A stretch of 63,137 bases of DNA, the filler included, from Octopus bimaculoides (lineage: Eukaryota): the NCBI RefSeq assembly GCF_001194135.2. It is 7 parts of 7 records of this genome, joined end to end, with 100 filler letters (N's around TTAATTAATTAA, not from the genome) between each part and the next. Parts side by side here need not be neighbours in the genome. Positions count along the whole stretch, not along the records: positions 45,143 to 58,291 come from NC_068995.1; positions 58,392 to 61,996 come from NC_068988.1; 5 more parts are not named here. One strand, given 5' to 3'. Shown here in pieces: positions 48,600 through 61,996 of this stretch (the stretch's first letter is position 1; the number at the start of each line of letters is the position of its first letter). The position numbers and the translations under genes are program-made. Under the pieces are notes generated by a model, which ran no database searches, had not been told where the DNA came from, and saw nothing but the letters and a program-made list of their open reading frames with translations.

Positions 48600-51050
48600 G
48601 AGGACAGAAAGATTGAAGAAGTTAGCAGAACAGACGCAAAAGAGAACGTGTATTGGTGAATACATAGGAGAAAGAGAAAGAAGTAAATGAGGATCAGAAA
48701 AGAATGAGTTGTAAAGATAAAATAATATTTCAGAGAAAGTGGAAGAAATCAAGGAAGTAAGAGAAACATGTAATAGTGTAAGGATGTGAAATTGAAAAAT
48801 TAAAGCGATATAAAATTTGCAAGAAGCAAAAATAATGAACGACTGAGTATGTTATCGTCAGTGACAGAAAGCGAGTGAGCGAGATAGAGAGAATGAGAGG
48901 GAATAAAAGAGAAAGAGAGCAAGAGACAGAAAGAGAGGGAGAGAGAGGGGAAGAGGGAGGGAGAGAGAGGGGAAGAAGGAGGGAGGGAGGGAGAGAGGCA
49001 TGAGGTAAGAAATTGCAGGGTAGCCTTACACAAACACGAGATAAAGATTCACAATATATGCGTTTTCGCTTAATGTCCTTTCAACTTTTGTAGCTTCCAG
49101 CTTCATCTCACAGATTAAGCTGTTTAAAATCCTCGAAACTGACAACATAAAAGGAACAGTTAATGTCCACGATGAATAAAATTTAAGAAAGCAGCTTATA
49201 GTTTGAAAAATGTGCAGCGTGCATTATGCTGGTAAACAGAGTTAGTAAATCAACCCAATTCTTTGTTATAGCCTTTTCACTTCAATAACTACACAGATAC
49301 AGAAAAGGTGTGAATTTCACAAATTTCCCCAACAACTTGTGACTTTAACATCAAAGCAACTGAATATATTTTTCTATCGTTCAAAAGTGGAATAAATTGA
49401 TTTGCCGAGAAGAGAAGGTATATAACGTTTCAGTCACAGCCTTTCACCAATGATTTGGCCTTAGCAAATAGACATATTGAAAGTAGTGAAAGAAAAGAAA
49501 ACATGTGAAGAGATACGGCATAAAGGGGTTTATAAAGCGACACACGCTAGAAATTATTCAAAGAGCGGAGATAGTCAACGGTAAATAAAAAAAAAGAAAA
49601 GAAACTAAGAGGAATGTTGGAAGTAAGGATCGTCAGAAAGAATGACAACTGGGAAAGGATTAACGAGTCAGCTGGAAGTTTGAGAAGGAGCGGTGAGTGG
49701 ACACTTCTGAAAATTGGGAGAGCGAAGGAGCATAGGTGAAGAGAAGCGAAAGATGTATAAATAGGAGTTATCATACTGCAAATATATTAAAGAAGGAGAA
49801 ATTAACTTGTAGAATTAAAGTTGTTCATAAATGTATGCAGAGAGGATGTTGAAAGAATAAAGACTGTTGTATTTATTTTTGAAGATGGAAGTATGGGTCG
49901 TGATCCACGCAGCTCCCTTACCCCTAAACACGTGATGTCAACATCAGTAACGTTCCACTAAAACCGTTACAAGTTGACAACTGCACAAACGACGTACACT
50001 GCATGAAGTTCAGCATACCGACATTCTAGAAAGAAAAGACTGACCGTAGTGTTTAATGTTGGATTTAATGTGAATGATGACAAAAGGAAAGATGAGTGAA
50101 GCAAGTTTGTGTGCATGACGATACCGGGAGAACAGTCAATTACGAGAAGCAGAAGCTGTTGAAGCAACGTAATAAAAAGAATACAGCACATTTGTAAAAC
50201 AGCGGCTGGAATGTATTTGTGAAGGATTTCAGGTCAACCTGTTGAATCAGAAGCAGAGGCTTATCTGCTGTGATCTGAAAAGAAACTAATCTAAAAAAAA
50301 AAAAACACATTGGGTGAAGCGGGTTTTATAAAGAGTTTAGGCGCTAGACACGACCGAAATTTTTGTTGATATGAACAACATTGCATTCACTAATCTTTTT
50401 TAGAAGATGGAAGCCCACTGGTGAGTGACTCAAGAGAGTAAGACTTCAGAGACGGTGGCCTTCTGGGTTTGAACAAACTAGGTGTAATTTCGCACTTGGA
50501 GCGTATGTGCACAAGGTGGTAAGCCTCATTCGGTAGAAAGGAAAAGTTGTAAAGTAGGGATCTACTTAGCGTGTACTGTGTGGATACATATTGAACAGAA
50601 AATGTAGAGACTTCCTCTGCTTGTGTATTGTTTCAGGAATTGCCAGGTTAGGAAGTGGAGGAAAGGAGAAGCCTACAAAATGTTAGCGATTCTTTTGGAA
50701 AAGGACAAAAAAAAAATAGTAGTTTAGTGGGTGCGTGGGGGCATCTACTTTGATTCGGACGATGATTTTGGAAGATTTGCGGCGTTCATTAAGGTTTACT
50801 CTGTTTACCGGAGTGGATGGTGTGCTCCAAACGCTGTAAAGTATGTTTTCCTTCTAAGTTACTATAGTACAGCTGTGAGTGAACTGCTATAGGAGACTTG
50901 AACATGGGGGTTTGCTGCACGGGATACAGATGAGAGTATGATTTCCATAACTCACCAAGCAGTTTGTTAATTTCAGCACAAGTACTGCCAGAGATACATA
51001 TCACAGAACCGGCCAGTGGGAAGACTTGAAGATCCGCAGAGTCCGGTGGG
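48600..51050 (-). mobile_element. Highly decayed LINE (CR1/L2/Jockey-group-like), boundaries approximate
   Basis: YIPAAVLQMCCILF (cf. GIPAxVLKxCxxEL) and ALPIFRSVHSPLLLKLP (cf. ALDISKAFDRVWHxxLLxKL); many stops. Confidence 0.45.
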
Positions 51051-51499
51051 CATGAAACAATGGGTTGTGGGCAATATCTACTAGGTAGTTCTCAGACAAT
51101 CTGTTATGTAGAAACACGTACAGGCAAGCAGAGTATAGATTTCGAGGTAAAAAAGTGTTGAGGGTTGTTCGAAATGTCTCTATGAGTCATCTTAGAATGA
51201 GTGTAGAGAACAAATCTATAGAAAATTGAGGATTGCAAATTTTTGGTTTCTTCATTTATTCCTTTGAGGTTCTTGGTTGATATAAAACATTTACATATGG
51301 TATACATATACATACACGCATACCCACAAGTACGTGTTTACACACACATATATGCTAACATAAACCAATCCAAGTAACGACAAACTCTAAAAGCTGCTTT
51401 GACTTAAATAAGATCCTTGTCACTTTGTGATCAGTTTGGAATCTGCAAAGGTAAAAAGAAATAAATACTTTCCGAGAAAAAAAACATATCTACACACAC

Positions 51500-51542
<43 letters not shown>

Positions 51543-51545
51543 TAT

Positions 51546-51580
<35 letters not shown>

Positions 51581-52117
51581 CTTTTTGAGTTTTGCGGCTA
51601 AAAGGTTTTCTTTTGTAGTACAGGAAGAGAAGTCGTTTTTAACTGGCCTTTGATCCGGTTTTCTCTGATTTCAGTCTTCTAAGTATCGTGTAATTTTCCC
51701 CTATTTAGAAATATGTTCGGAGTAACGAAATAGGAATGTCGCTTATGACATTTCCAAAACAAGGGACATAACTTTGATTTTGTATTTTTCGACGTTTGTG
51801 ATCTAAAGTAATCGATTTTTGTCTCTATAAGAAGGTTTTTTTTTTTATTCCCGGTGTGTCACACGCAGACATATAGATATGTTAATAAAAGTAGAAAAAT
51901 ATCCTAGTGTCTTAACAATTTTTCAAGCCAATCAAAAGGAGAAAGGCGTTCGCCTCCATTTTGGAAAACAATCTCGTTTAGTTCACAGGTGTTCTCGTAA
52001 ATTCACGTGAATAAAACAACGAATCAGTGACTGAAGGGACGTTACTTTTGGATGGCATCTTTGGATATACGTATATACATATAGATATATACATACACAC
52101 ACGCGCACGCGCGTACA

Positions 52118-52149
<32 letters not shown>

Positions 52150-52752
52150 TATTATCTTTTAACTTTTGCATGTTTGAGTCATAGGATTGTGGTCAGGTTA
52201 AGGGGCCGACTTTAAGGGCTTGTAATCGAGTGAATAGACACCGGTACTTATTTTTTAATGCTTGGGACGTCTTCTATCAATAACTTTTACCAAATAGTTT
52301 AGTTACGGGGACGTAAAAAAACCCAGCATTGGCTGTCAACGGGTGATGGAGAACACAGGACATGCACACTCGTATACGATGGTCTTCTTTCAGTTTCCAT
52401 CCATCAAACCCACCCACAAGGCTTTGGTTCATTCGAGGCTATAAATAGGTGAACTTGCTCAGTTGAACTGAACCCGGAACAATGTGGTTGCTAAGCAAAT
52501 TTCTGATCAAATAGCCACGCCAGATGTATATATATATTCACTGAGAGAAAGAGAGGGGGAGAAAGAGAGAGAGAGAGTGGGAGAGAAAGAGAGAGAGGGG
52601 GAGAAAAGGAGGGAGAGAGTAGGGGAGAAAGAGAGAGAGAGAGAGAGAGAGAGGGAGAAAAGGAGAGAGAGTAGGGGAGAAAGAGAGAGAGAGAGGGGAG
52701 AAAAGGAGAGAGAGAGTAGGGGAGAAAGAGAGAGAGAGAGTAGGGGAGAAAA

Positions 52753-52800
<48 letters not shown>

Positions 52801-53551
52801 AGTGATTTAATCCGTAATTCTGGGATTGCCAATCAATGAAATCCTTCAAATGGATCACCAGCTTCTCAGGATGGTCGAATGATTCGGAGATTCGCTTCAC
52901 AATCATAAGTTCCTTTGTTTGGTGTCACTGAGTGTCACCTTGGCCGTCATGGGTCTTCTCTGCATCCTGCGTATCTTAGGCACCCTGATCTTTTCCTATA
53001 GCCTCGGATTCAACCTACACCTTGTGAGTAAAACTGGGTAGACATAAACCTGCTGGGCAGATTCTTTCAATTATTCAAAGATTTACCTTGGTCAAATTGT
53101 GACCGAGAATTATGTTAAGGGTATACGTCTCTTACCCACTAACTGAATGAAGGGCTTAGATCGGTTGATTGAACTGCTGAATGCTTATCGTCGAAATCGA
53201 CGGAGATATATTCTCATTACGATAAAAAGCGTATATTCTGAAAGCACTGGCTTTTAAACGAAAATAACGGGTGTATGCATACATAGTAGTACATAGATAC
53301 ATACACACACACAGACACACACACATACATCGTCATCTCTGTCTCTAAAAATGTTTGCGCGTGTATATGTAAAAATGTGTGAGTATACATACATACATAC
53401 ATACACACTCAAACATATAAGATGCATGTACATATTTATATACATGTCTCTCTGTGTGTGTATATAACTACATATATATGCATATGTATACACGCACAGA
53501 TACACGCAGGCACACACACACATACATATATATATGTATGCGTGTATATAT

Positions 53552-53596
<45 letters not shown>

Positions 53597-54584
53597 TACA
53601 CACACACATGTATATGTATATATGTATGCATGTATATACGTATATGAATACATATACATAAACATCTATGTACGTATATATATGTATATGGAAATATGCG
53701 CAAAAATGTTCCTGGTTTGTGTGTGTATAAATGTATCAGCACAAGGTTGTTCATCATTACGCATATAGAAACATAATATATATTATGGAGCATTCTATTA
53801 TGTAAAGAAGACAGATTTCTCGATTGAGTATTGAATATATACGACGAGATGATACATTAATTTAAATGGGATCAAGAAAATATGGATTGGAAAATGTGAA
53901 GGTCCAGGTTACTGGCTGCATCAGCCTGACAGCATTCATTATAAGTTTAATGCTATCGTTGGATTGAAGTTAACTAGAAAGAACTTAATTCATTCGAACA
54001 CACACAGAGGCAGACAGACAGATATATATATATACATACATTATATGTGTGTGTATGAGCGTAAGACTCCAAGTATACACACATAAACATATAAAGATTT
54101 CAGCATTGCAATTTGTTTCAGTAATGTGGATGTCTAATGTCCGAATAGTTAGGAATTTTGTGTTTCAGTAACAAGGTCTAGGGTTGGGTCTCACAGCGTG
54201 ACGTGAGAGGCTAATGTCTTTTTTACCCTTCGTGGGCTGGCAGGGCTGGAATTAGACAAAAGGCTACTGGGGTCCTCTTTTAGTTTTGCACATTTCCACA
54301 CTATCCATAAGGTAATATTTGTTTAATCTTGTATATATATATATATGTGTGAGTGCATGATAGAGAACAAGAAATTTAGAACTTTTTTATAGTTTTATAA
54401 ACTATACATATAGCAGAAAATATAAAATAAAACAAAAAAAAAATAAAACAAAAAATGTATATCGATTAATATCAGTACAAATACGAAGAAAATTGACTTA
54501 TAGTTCATCAGAATATCTGAAAAAAGAACAGAATAAATAATTTCACAGAAGGCTAATGAAGTCCAGTTGGATCCCGATGACCAT

Positions 54585-54628
<44 letters not shown>

Positions 54629-54713
54629 TATGTGTGTGTGTGTGTGTGTGCGTGTGCGTGTGCGTGTGTGAATGTGTGTGTACTTGTAGTGTAATATATG
54701 GTTTCTTAGAAAC

Positions 54714-54787
54714 CTGTGGCTATTATGGAAAGCTCCTCTAGCGGAGCCGGCTAGCAGACCACATAATAATCCAATATGTAGGAGCAT
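54714..54787 (-). CDS. Coding exon 1, signal peptide MLLHIGLLCGLLAGSARGAFHNSH
   Basis: ATG at 54787, hydrophobic core and small-residue cleavage region (SARG|A). Upstream acceptor ggatttcag at 54807-54808. Donor CACAG|gtttct is weak; phase 2. Confidence 0.6.
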
Positions 54788-55310
54788 AATGTAGAGCTCA
54801 ATGCACCTGAAATCCAGAAGATCCGAAGATGAAATTATTTCATGAGGAGTAAATAAGACATAAAATTCGGTAGGTATGAGATGTGAATATAATTATTTAA
54901 CCGCTTGTCATTCCTAGGATTGCGGCCGTTTCGCAGCCCTCATCAGGTAATAATAATTTCAGTGGATAATAAATTATGTTTATATGTTTGCATTAATATG
55001 CACGCCATGCATTATACAATTCAATTGTATATTTACAAATTAGCACAGATAAAGGAAGCTAGATCGTCAGACCATTAGAACATCATGGTTACACAAATTC
55101 CTTAACTCTAAGTATGCATACAAAATTTACTCTTTATGCATACAAGATTGGAAAGACCGATACTAGATAAAATTAGCTTAGTGTGGTCATCAAAAATAAA
55201 ATATAATATATCTAAATTACGATGAACGTAAACAAACAGATGAAGCTTGCTTTTAGAAGCGTTGAGATGTCTTATAAAGTTAAAGAAGTGATTTTAAATT
55301 CTCAAACGCA

Positions 55311-55435
55311 GGATAATGCTAAAAATATAGCCTGAACATGATAAACTACCCCTATTTTGTAGGCTGGCCGCTTACACTTTTTTCTGAAAAATAGGGGTAG
55401 TTTATCCTGTTCAGGCTATATTATTAGCATTATCC
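55311..55435. repeat. 125-bp inverted repeat (MITE-like)
   Basis: 48-bp arms with 2 mismatches and a ~29-nt spacer. Confidence 0.85.
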
Positions 55436-56709
55436 AATAATATATTTATTTTGTTTCATATTTAAGGTGGTGGGTTTACATAAGGGAATTGATCACTCCT
55501 AATGTCAACAAAAAGAAGACACAGGAGAGGAACCAAAATAGGTATATTACAAGAAAAGTTTTTTAGAAAATATATAAAAGTACATATGAAAATATATAAT
55601 AAAATATAAAATAAATGAATTCAATGGGGAACAGATAGCTGGAGATATAATGATTATGCTTAAAAATATTAGTGAACAACAGTTATTTCAAATGGAGCTA
55701 AAAGGTCAATAAACCTGAAAATATTTTCTATCTTAATGAACTTTAGTAAAACCAAATCAATACTCACACTTACATAGAAGCATACACATTAGTAAATACA
55801 TACAACAATACACTCATACATATACACACAATATACATATAAGTACACCTACATATAAGAATATGTACCTATAGAGATACATACGCACATATACGTCTCT
55901 TACTCAAGTATGTATACCTAGACTTATATGCAGTTATATACACACATATGTCAATACACATAAACACACACAATCACACACACACACAAACACACATACA
56001 GACACACCCACCCACCCATACACATATAAACATGCAATATATCTACATATGTATATGCATACATATACGCATACATATGTATACAATTACTTATATGTGT
56101 ATAGATTGTAGATTAGCATGAACATAAACACAAATGCAAACACACATGCATATTTAATGTACAAATCTTAAATATACATCACGTGATCACGTGACCGACC
56201 AGACTATCAGATGCTGTTACACATTGCTGGACACAATGCGCTTTTTATCATTTTAGTCATCAAATGACGCCACCCTGCTGGCTAGGCGAGCAGGCCAACA
56301 CTTCCCTTTGACGAAAAGGGGACTGAAACAACGTGAAATGAAGTGTTTTGCTCAAGAGTACAACTCACCACTTGGTCTGGGACTCGAATCCACGATTTAG
56401 CGACCGTGAGTGCAACAGCCTAACCACTAGGCCACGTGCCTTCAGAAAAAAACATACATACACTTAAAAGGATATGGATACATAAATATAATTACATATA
56501 AATATGTATACATACATACACACACACACGTAATATTAAAAAAAGAAACAATATCCAAGATAGATGTAAACAGGAGTACATAGAAATATCAAGGTGGAGA
56601 ATCACAGAATTATGCGGTCATTACAGGATAGCAAATTCAATAATATGTAAAAACTGGTATAAGCATTAAATATATTAGACTTGAATGTTATACGCCAAAG
56701 GGTAAAAAA

Positions 56710-57330
56710 GCATCTTACAGATAGCAGAACGTGTGAATATGGTCTATTACATGATCTATTACTAAGGTGAGACCAAATTATGGTTAGCCGAGAGGTGGGG
56801 AATTGTATTTATCTAGGATAAAAGTAGATTAGTGCAAGTTTAATGATTAAGTGTAAGGTTAGGTATAGTTATCATATAGGAACTATTTACATGTAAGGTG
56901 CTAGCATCTATGGGAGATAAGTAATTCTACAGATAGCAAAATGTTTGAATATGGTCTAATGCGTCATGTATTACTAAGGCGAAAATATATTATGGTTAAC
57001 AAGGTAGGGAATTATTCAACTGTATTGATCTAGGTTGTAGAATATTTGGCTATGGCTTAATACATTATTTGTTACAAAGTCAAAACGGATTATATGGTTA
57101 ACCTTATGAACGATTTGTATTAATGTGCCAGCATTAATTGGTAATAAGTATTCTTACAAATAACATAATGTCCGAATATTGTCTAGTACATTATCTATTA
57201 CCAAGGTGAGACATAATCATAGTTAACGAAGGTAGGAAATTATTCAATAGCATTAATCTACGTTATAACGATTATTAGCGTAGATAAAATAATTTAGTGT
57301 ACGGTTACATATAGTTAGAATGAGTACTGA
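56710..57330. repeat. Three degenerate tandem copies of a ~215-225-bp unit
   Basis: Unit starts near 56712, 56925 and 57150 (CTTACAGATAGCA..GAATATGGTCTA..TTACTAAGGTGAGAC..TGGTTA). Confidence 0.7.
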
Positions 57331-57960
57331 TTTGTATTTAGGGTGCCGGCATTTTACAATCAATTCATGACGTTGATTTATAATACTCGATTTTATTTTA
57401 TCATTATGGAATGCCTCAGATACACCGTACCTACACTAGCCACTGCCAAACTTTTATGGTTGTGTATTACATACAATAAATCATGCAATTTTAAATTTAA
57501 TACTGTTATCAGTGACAGAATGTACAAATTTAGCTAGAGGTGTACAATAAACCTTTTGTTTATGCCTAAAAGTAGATCTGTGATTATTTCAGCGAAGTTT
57601 TAATGAAGAAGACGACTCACCAATATAAACAGTTTCTTTACTATGAGCAGTGACAGCGCACGTTTACACTATATTTTTCCGAAGGCATTAGTTATTAATG
57701 GGACATTACTGATTTATTACAACAGTTACATAGGTTAGCTTGATTATTAGTAGGTATGATGGGATCAGCTGCATTATTGTTAATCTGGTACATACATATA
57801 GAGGAAAAAGGAAGATAGCCGCTGCTCACACGTGACCAGCGGCTATCTTCCTTTTTCCTCTTGCTTTACAAGAGACAAGAAACACTTTCGTCTGTATCCT
57901 GTCAAAGCTCGGTCCTCCAGCGTTCACCACTTCACCTCCTTATGGCTTAACATCACTTAC

Positions 57961-58085
57961 CGTTTGTTTTTACTGTTTTGTTCTTACTCTCCTGCTTTTG
58001 TGATCACTTTAACCCTCCGAAAATTCCAAATTTTATTTAATTTGCTTTGCGGGAACGATTGTTTTAACAAACTCGCGTCTTGTCC
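57961..58085 (-). other. Candidate non-coding 5' exon of the CUB-LDLa gene (5' end approximate)
   Basis: Consensus donor AAACG|gtaagt at 57959-57960. Exon 1 has an acceptor, so an upstream exon is required. Several CpGs occur near 58070-58110. Confidence 0.35.
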
Positions 58086-58391
58086 CAACGTCCCAACGTT
58101 CGAAACGCGGAGTAGATAAAACAGGGGACAACTGATGAAGAGATTGTTCTTTATGTTGCCTGTCTTGTTTCTATATTTGTTTCTTTCGTTGTTCAAAAAA
58201 TAGTTCGTTTTCCATGTTTTTGTTTTTTCATGTTCTCGTGTTTCATTTCATTTTATTAACGTTTTTTGACGTCCTGTACCCCTATGTGCATNNNNNNNNN
58301 NNNNNNNNNNNNNNNNNNNNNNNNNNNNNNNNNNNTTAATTAATTAANNNNNNNNNNNNNNNNNNNNNNNNNNNNNNNNNNNNNNNNNNNN

Positions 58392-58434
<43 letters not shown>

Positions 58435-59104
58435 AGGACGGGCGTCATTCAGCTCCGTATACCAACTCCGCTCACAAGGCTTTGCTCGTGCGGAGCTTAT
58501 AGCAGATGCCATTCACGCAAGGTACCATGCAATGAGATTGGTCGCAGAAGCATTTGTTTGGAAAGGAAACGTGTTACCATACAGACTTAATTGTGGCCTT
58601 CTATTTGAGATACTAAGTGACTGTCTCATCTAGTACCCTTTGTCAAAATAATAATGGTTTCTACCACAAACCGCAGCCACACGAGAGACATAAGAAAAGA
58701 AAAGAAAACTTTGCCGCAGTAGGATTCGAAATCAGAATGTAAATGATAAAATCAAATATGATAAAAGCACATATCAGTTACAGTATTTTTCAACACAGAT
58801 TTATAGAAATAATTGTGTTTACTATCACTCATTTGATTCCTAATAAAATTAATTCACTTACCTTTAAGGTTCATGACTGTTACGGAGTTGCTAATTCAGC
58901 TTCAATTTTTCTTGAAATTTGATCAATCAGAAGTGTCTTACAGGAAACAATATCTTTTGCGTTTTCCGGTTTCGATAAACAAGATTATCTTTTTATTTTT
59001 TAGTTTTGACAATTCAGGAAAAAAAACGATACTTTAAAAAGACAATATCGTCAGATGTTTTCCAACGTTTTAATGATAGGTGAGCAACTCGAACTTACTT
59101 CCTC

Positions 59105-59900
59105 TCTAACTCTAGATGCTGTCGTCAGGCTATTTCAGCTTTCTTCAACACGTTCTTAAACTTGCGGTCTTATCCTGTTTTTTTTTTCTCTCCAGAATGC
59201 TTTAATATCAAGGTTATAAAAAAAATTATCAATTTTAAGATAAGCTTCCTTTTCCAATCTGTTTCCACTTCTATCCACTGACCAACGCTTATAAACTACT
59301 TGACACAATTTACATGCATTTATGCGCTCGGTGAACAAAGGAGATATACTTTAAGTTTGTGTTGTATTGATTGATTTTGAATTTGTTTAATTTTAAATTT
59401 TGCTCTAGACAAATTATGATCGATATCATCAGTAACTAATAGGTGGCTGAGAATTGATTGGAGGACGCCATAATATGTTTTATATATTTTCCTTCTAATA
59501 AAATGTTGATAATGTGCCCCCACCCCCACCCCGAGAAAGGCATGGATGCCACAAATTCTCATGTTAATTAGTGAACAAACATCTGTACAGTTTTTTATTC
59601 TAATCCTACATTGTGCTTTCAGATATGGCCGAGATCACATATTGAATTAGCTACGATGGCTTTATTTATTGTTGATTTATTCTGCAAGCTTTAATTTGAT
59701 TTGTTGAGAACAAAGGCTTCCTAAAAACGGAGAAATTCGCCTTAAAATTTATAATGGACTTATAAAGGTAATGATACTGGACATTATATAAGTGAAGACA
59801 CCTGAGAAAAATTAAAGAAAATGTTATTCTGTTTATCAGTACACATAATCCAGGAGTGACCAATATATTCCAAGTTATGAAATAAACCAACATTATTAAA
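59105..59900. mobile_element. Penelope remnants in opposite orientations (endonuclease end on -, RT C-terminus on +)
   Basis: RLEKEAYL on - at ~59240 and ILFISTHNPGVTNIF on + at ~59830. Confidence 0.5.
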
Positions 59901-61947
59901 GTTAGTAATTGATGTATAATAATAAAGAGGCAAGTTTAAATGTTAAATAAAATATCTGGCGTTTTGTATGTGTATACTGGAGTTCAAAAATTGATGTACA
60001 ATGATATTCTCATGATCTGACGAACTAGCCTTTTATACTTGTATTTGTTTGTAAAATGTACAAAATAATTATGCAATTTATATCATAAACACTATGGCAG
60101 ACATGTAAAGTAATTTTATGTTACTCTAAAATATGGTGTAAATATGGTGTCGATTCAGATTATATTGGAATTTGTTGTGATTTTAAATTTTTCGTAAAAA
60201 TATGATGAGGCACAGGAGTGGGTGTGTGGTAAGTAGCTTGCTTTCCAACCACAAGGTTCCGGGTTTAGTCTCACTGCGTGGCACCTTGGGCAAGTATCTT
60301 CTGCTAAAGCCTCGGGCCGACCAAAACCTTGTGAGTAGATTTGGTAGACGGAAACTGAAAAAGGCCCATCGTACATATATATATGTATATATATGTTTGG
60401 GTGTCTGTGTTTGTCCCCCCGACATCGCTTTACAACCGGTTCGGCATAAGAGACCGATAGAATAAGTACTAGGCTTACAAAGAATAAGTCCTAAGGTCGA
60501 TTTGCTCGACTAAAGGCGGTACTCCAGCATGGCCGCAGTCAAATGACTGAAACAAATAAACGAAAAAAACGGAAAGGGTCAGCGATGCATGTGTGCCATC
60601 CAACCAGTTTGTATTTCTATGTTCACTTCTAATATAATCGTAATCTACTCACACTATAAGTTATTTAAGGGAATCCTCATTTATAAATAATTACTTTCCC
60701 GAAATTTATGAGAAAAAGAAAGCCAATGCGTGTGAATTGTTTTAATCTACTCTCCTCGCTTCCCCGAATAAAGTTTTTCCAACAAATTGGAATCTACACT
60801 TGAAGCATATTTGTACAAGATGTTTTAGATTCAACATCGTCTGTTAGAAAATTTCATTGAATAATATCTATTTTTGTGGAAGTTATGAGGAAACAAATTT
60901 GGTAAGTTACATTTGTGTACCTATACCCATTGTTTTACGCAAATGTATGTGTGTGTATATATGTATACACTCAGAATCCCAAGATTCCGAGTTCGATCCC
61001 AGGCAGTGACCTGAATAATAATGGTAATAATAATAATATGGAAAAATATCTTAGGAATGAGAACCCTAACCCTAATTTCCCCAAGACACCTGATGAAGGC
61101 TGGTGGGTATTTCAGCCGAAACGTTAACAACAACTAACGGCGGGGCATCAGCATGGCCGCAGCTCTGAGCTGAAACTACAGAATATANNNNNNNNNNNNN
61201 NNNNNNNNNNNNNNNNNNNNNNNNNNNNNNNNNNNNNNNNNNNNNNNNNNNNNNNNNNNNNNNNNNNNNNNNNNNNNNNNNNNNNNNNNNNNNNNNNNNN
61301 NNNNNNNNNNNNNNNNNNNNNNNNNNNNNNNNNNNNNNNNNNNNNNNNNNNNNNNNNNNNNNNNNNNNNNNNNNNNNNNNNNNNNNNNNNNNNNNNNNNN
61401 NNNNNNNNNNNNNNNNNNNNNNNNNNNNNNNNNNNNNNNNNNNNNNNNNNNNNNNNNNNNNNNNNNNNNNNNNNNNNNNATATATAATGAAATAATGTAT
61501 TTCACTCATAATCATTATATTATTCGTTAAATTCAATTCAATCGTGTTTTGTTTTGGAGAGAATTAAAACAAAGCTTTCACTTTCTGTTATTATAGTAGT
61601 AACTATGGAAACCTGGTGGGATTATTATTTGTATGGACTTAAAGATTGGTTGCTATTTAGTAAATAATTCAATTATTGTAGGTTTACTATCAATACCAAT
61701 GAGGATTGTTTTTTTCCTTTTTAAATTATTTACATATCTGTTCGGTCGTTTCACTTAATTTATTCCTTAAAACTATCGGGCTTCTTTCAGTTTCCGTCTA
61801 TCAAATCCACTCACAAGTCTTTGATCGGTCCGAGGCTATAGTAGAAGACACTTGCCCAAGGTGCCACGCACTGGGAATGAACCCGGAACCATTTGGCTGG
61901 CAAAAAAACTACTTACCACAGAGCCACTCCGGAGCCTATATACATAC

Positions 61948-61996
<49 letters not shown>

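Larger units (their letters stand above)
1286..54787 (-). other. Spliced gene model: signal peptide + CUB + LDLa + TM + cytoplasmic tail (MIG-13/LDLRAD2-like architecture), ~330 aa with exon 6a or ~358 aa with exon 6b
   Basis: Exons 74+38+289+197+165+26(or 110)+52+96+56 nt = 993 (or 1077) nt. All junctions are GT-AG, collinear and phase-compatible, with no internal stop. Domain calls are by motif recognition, not a database search. Confidence 0.7.
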
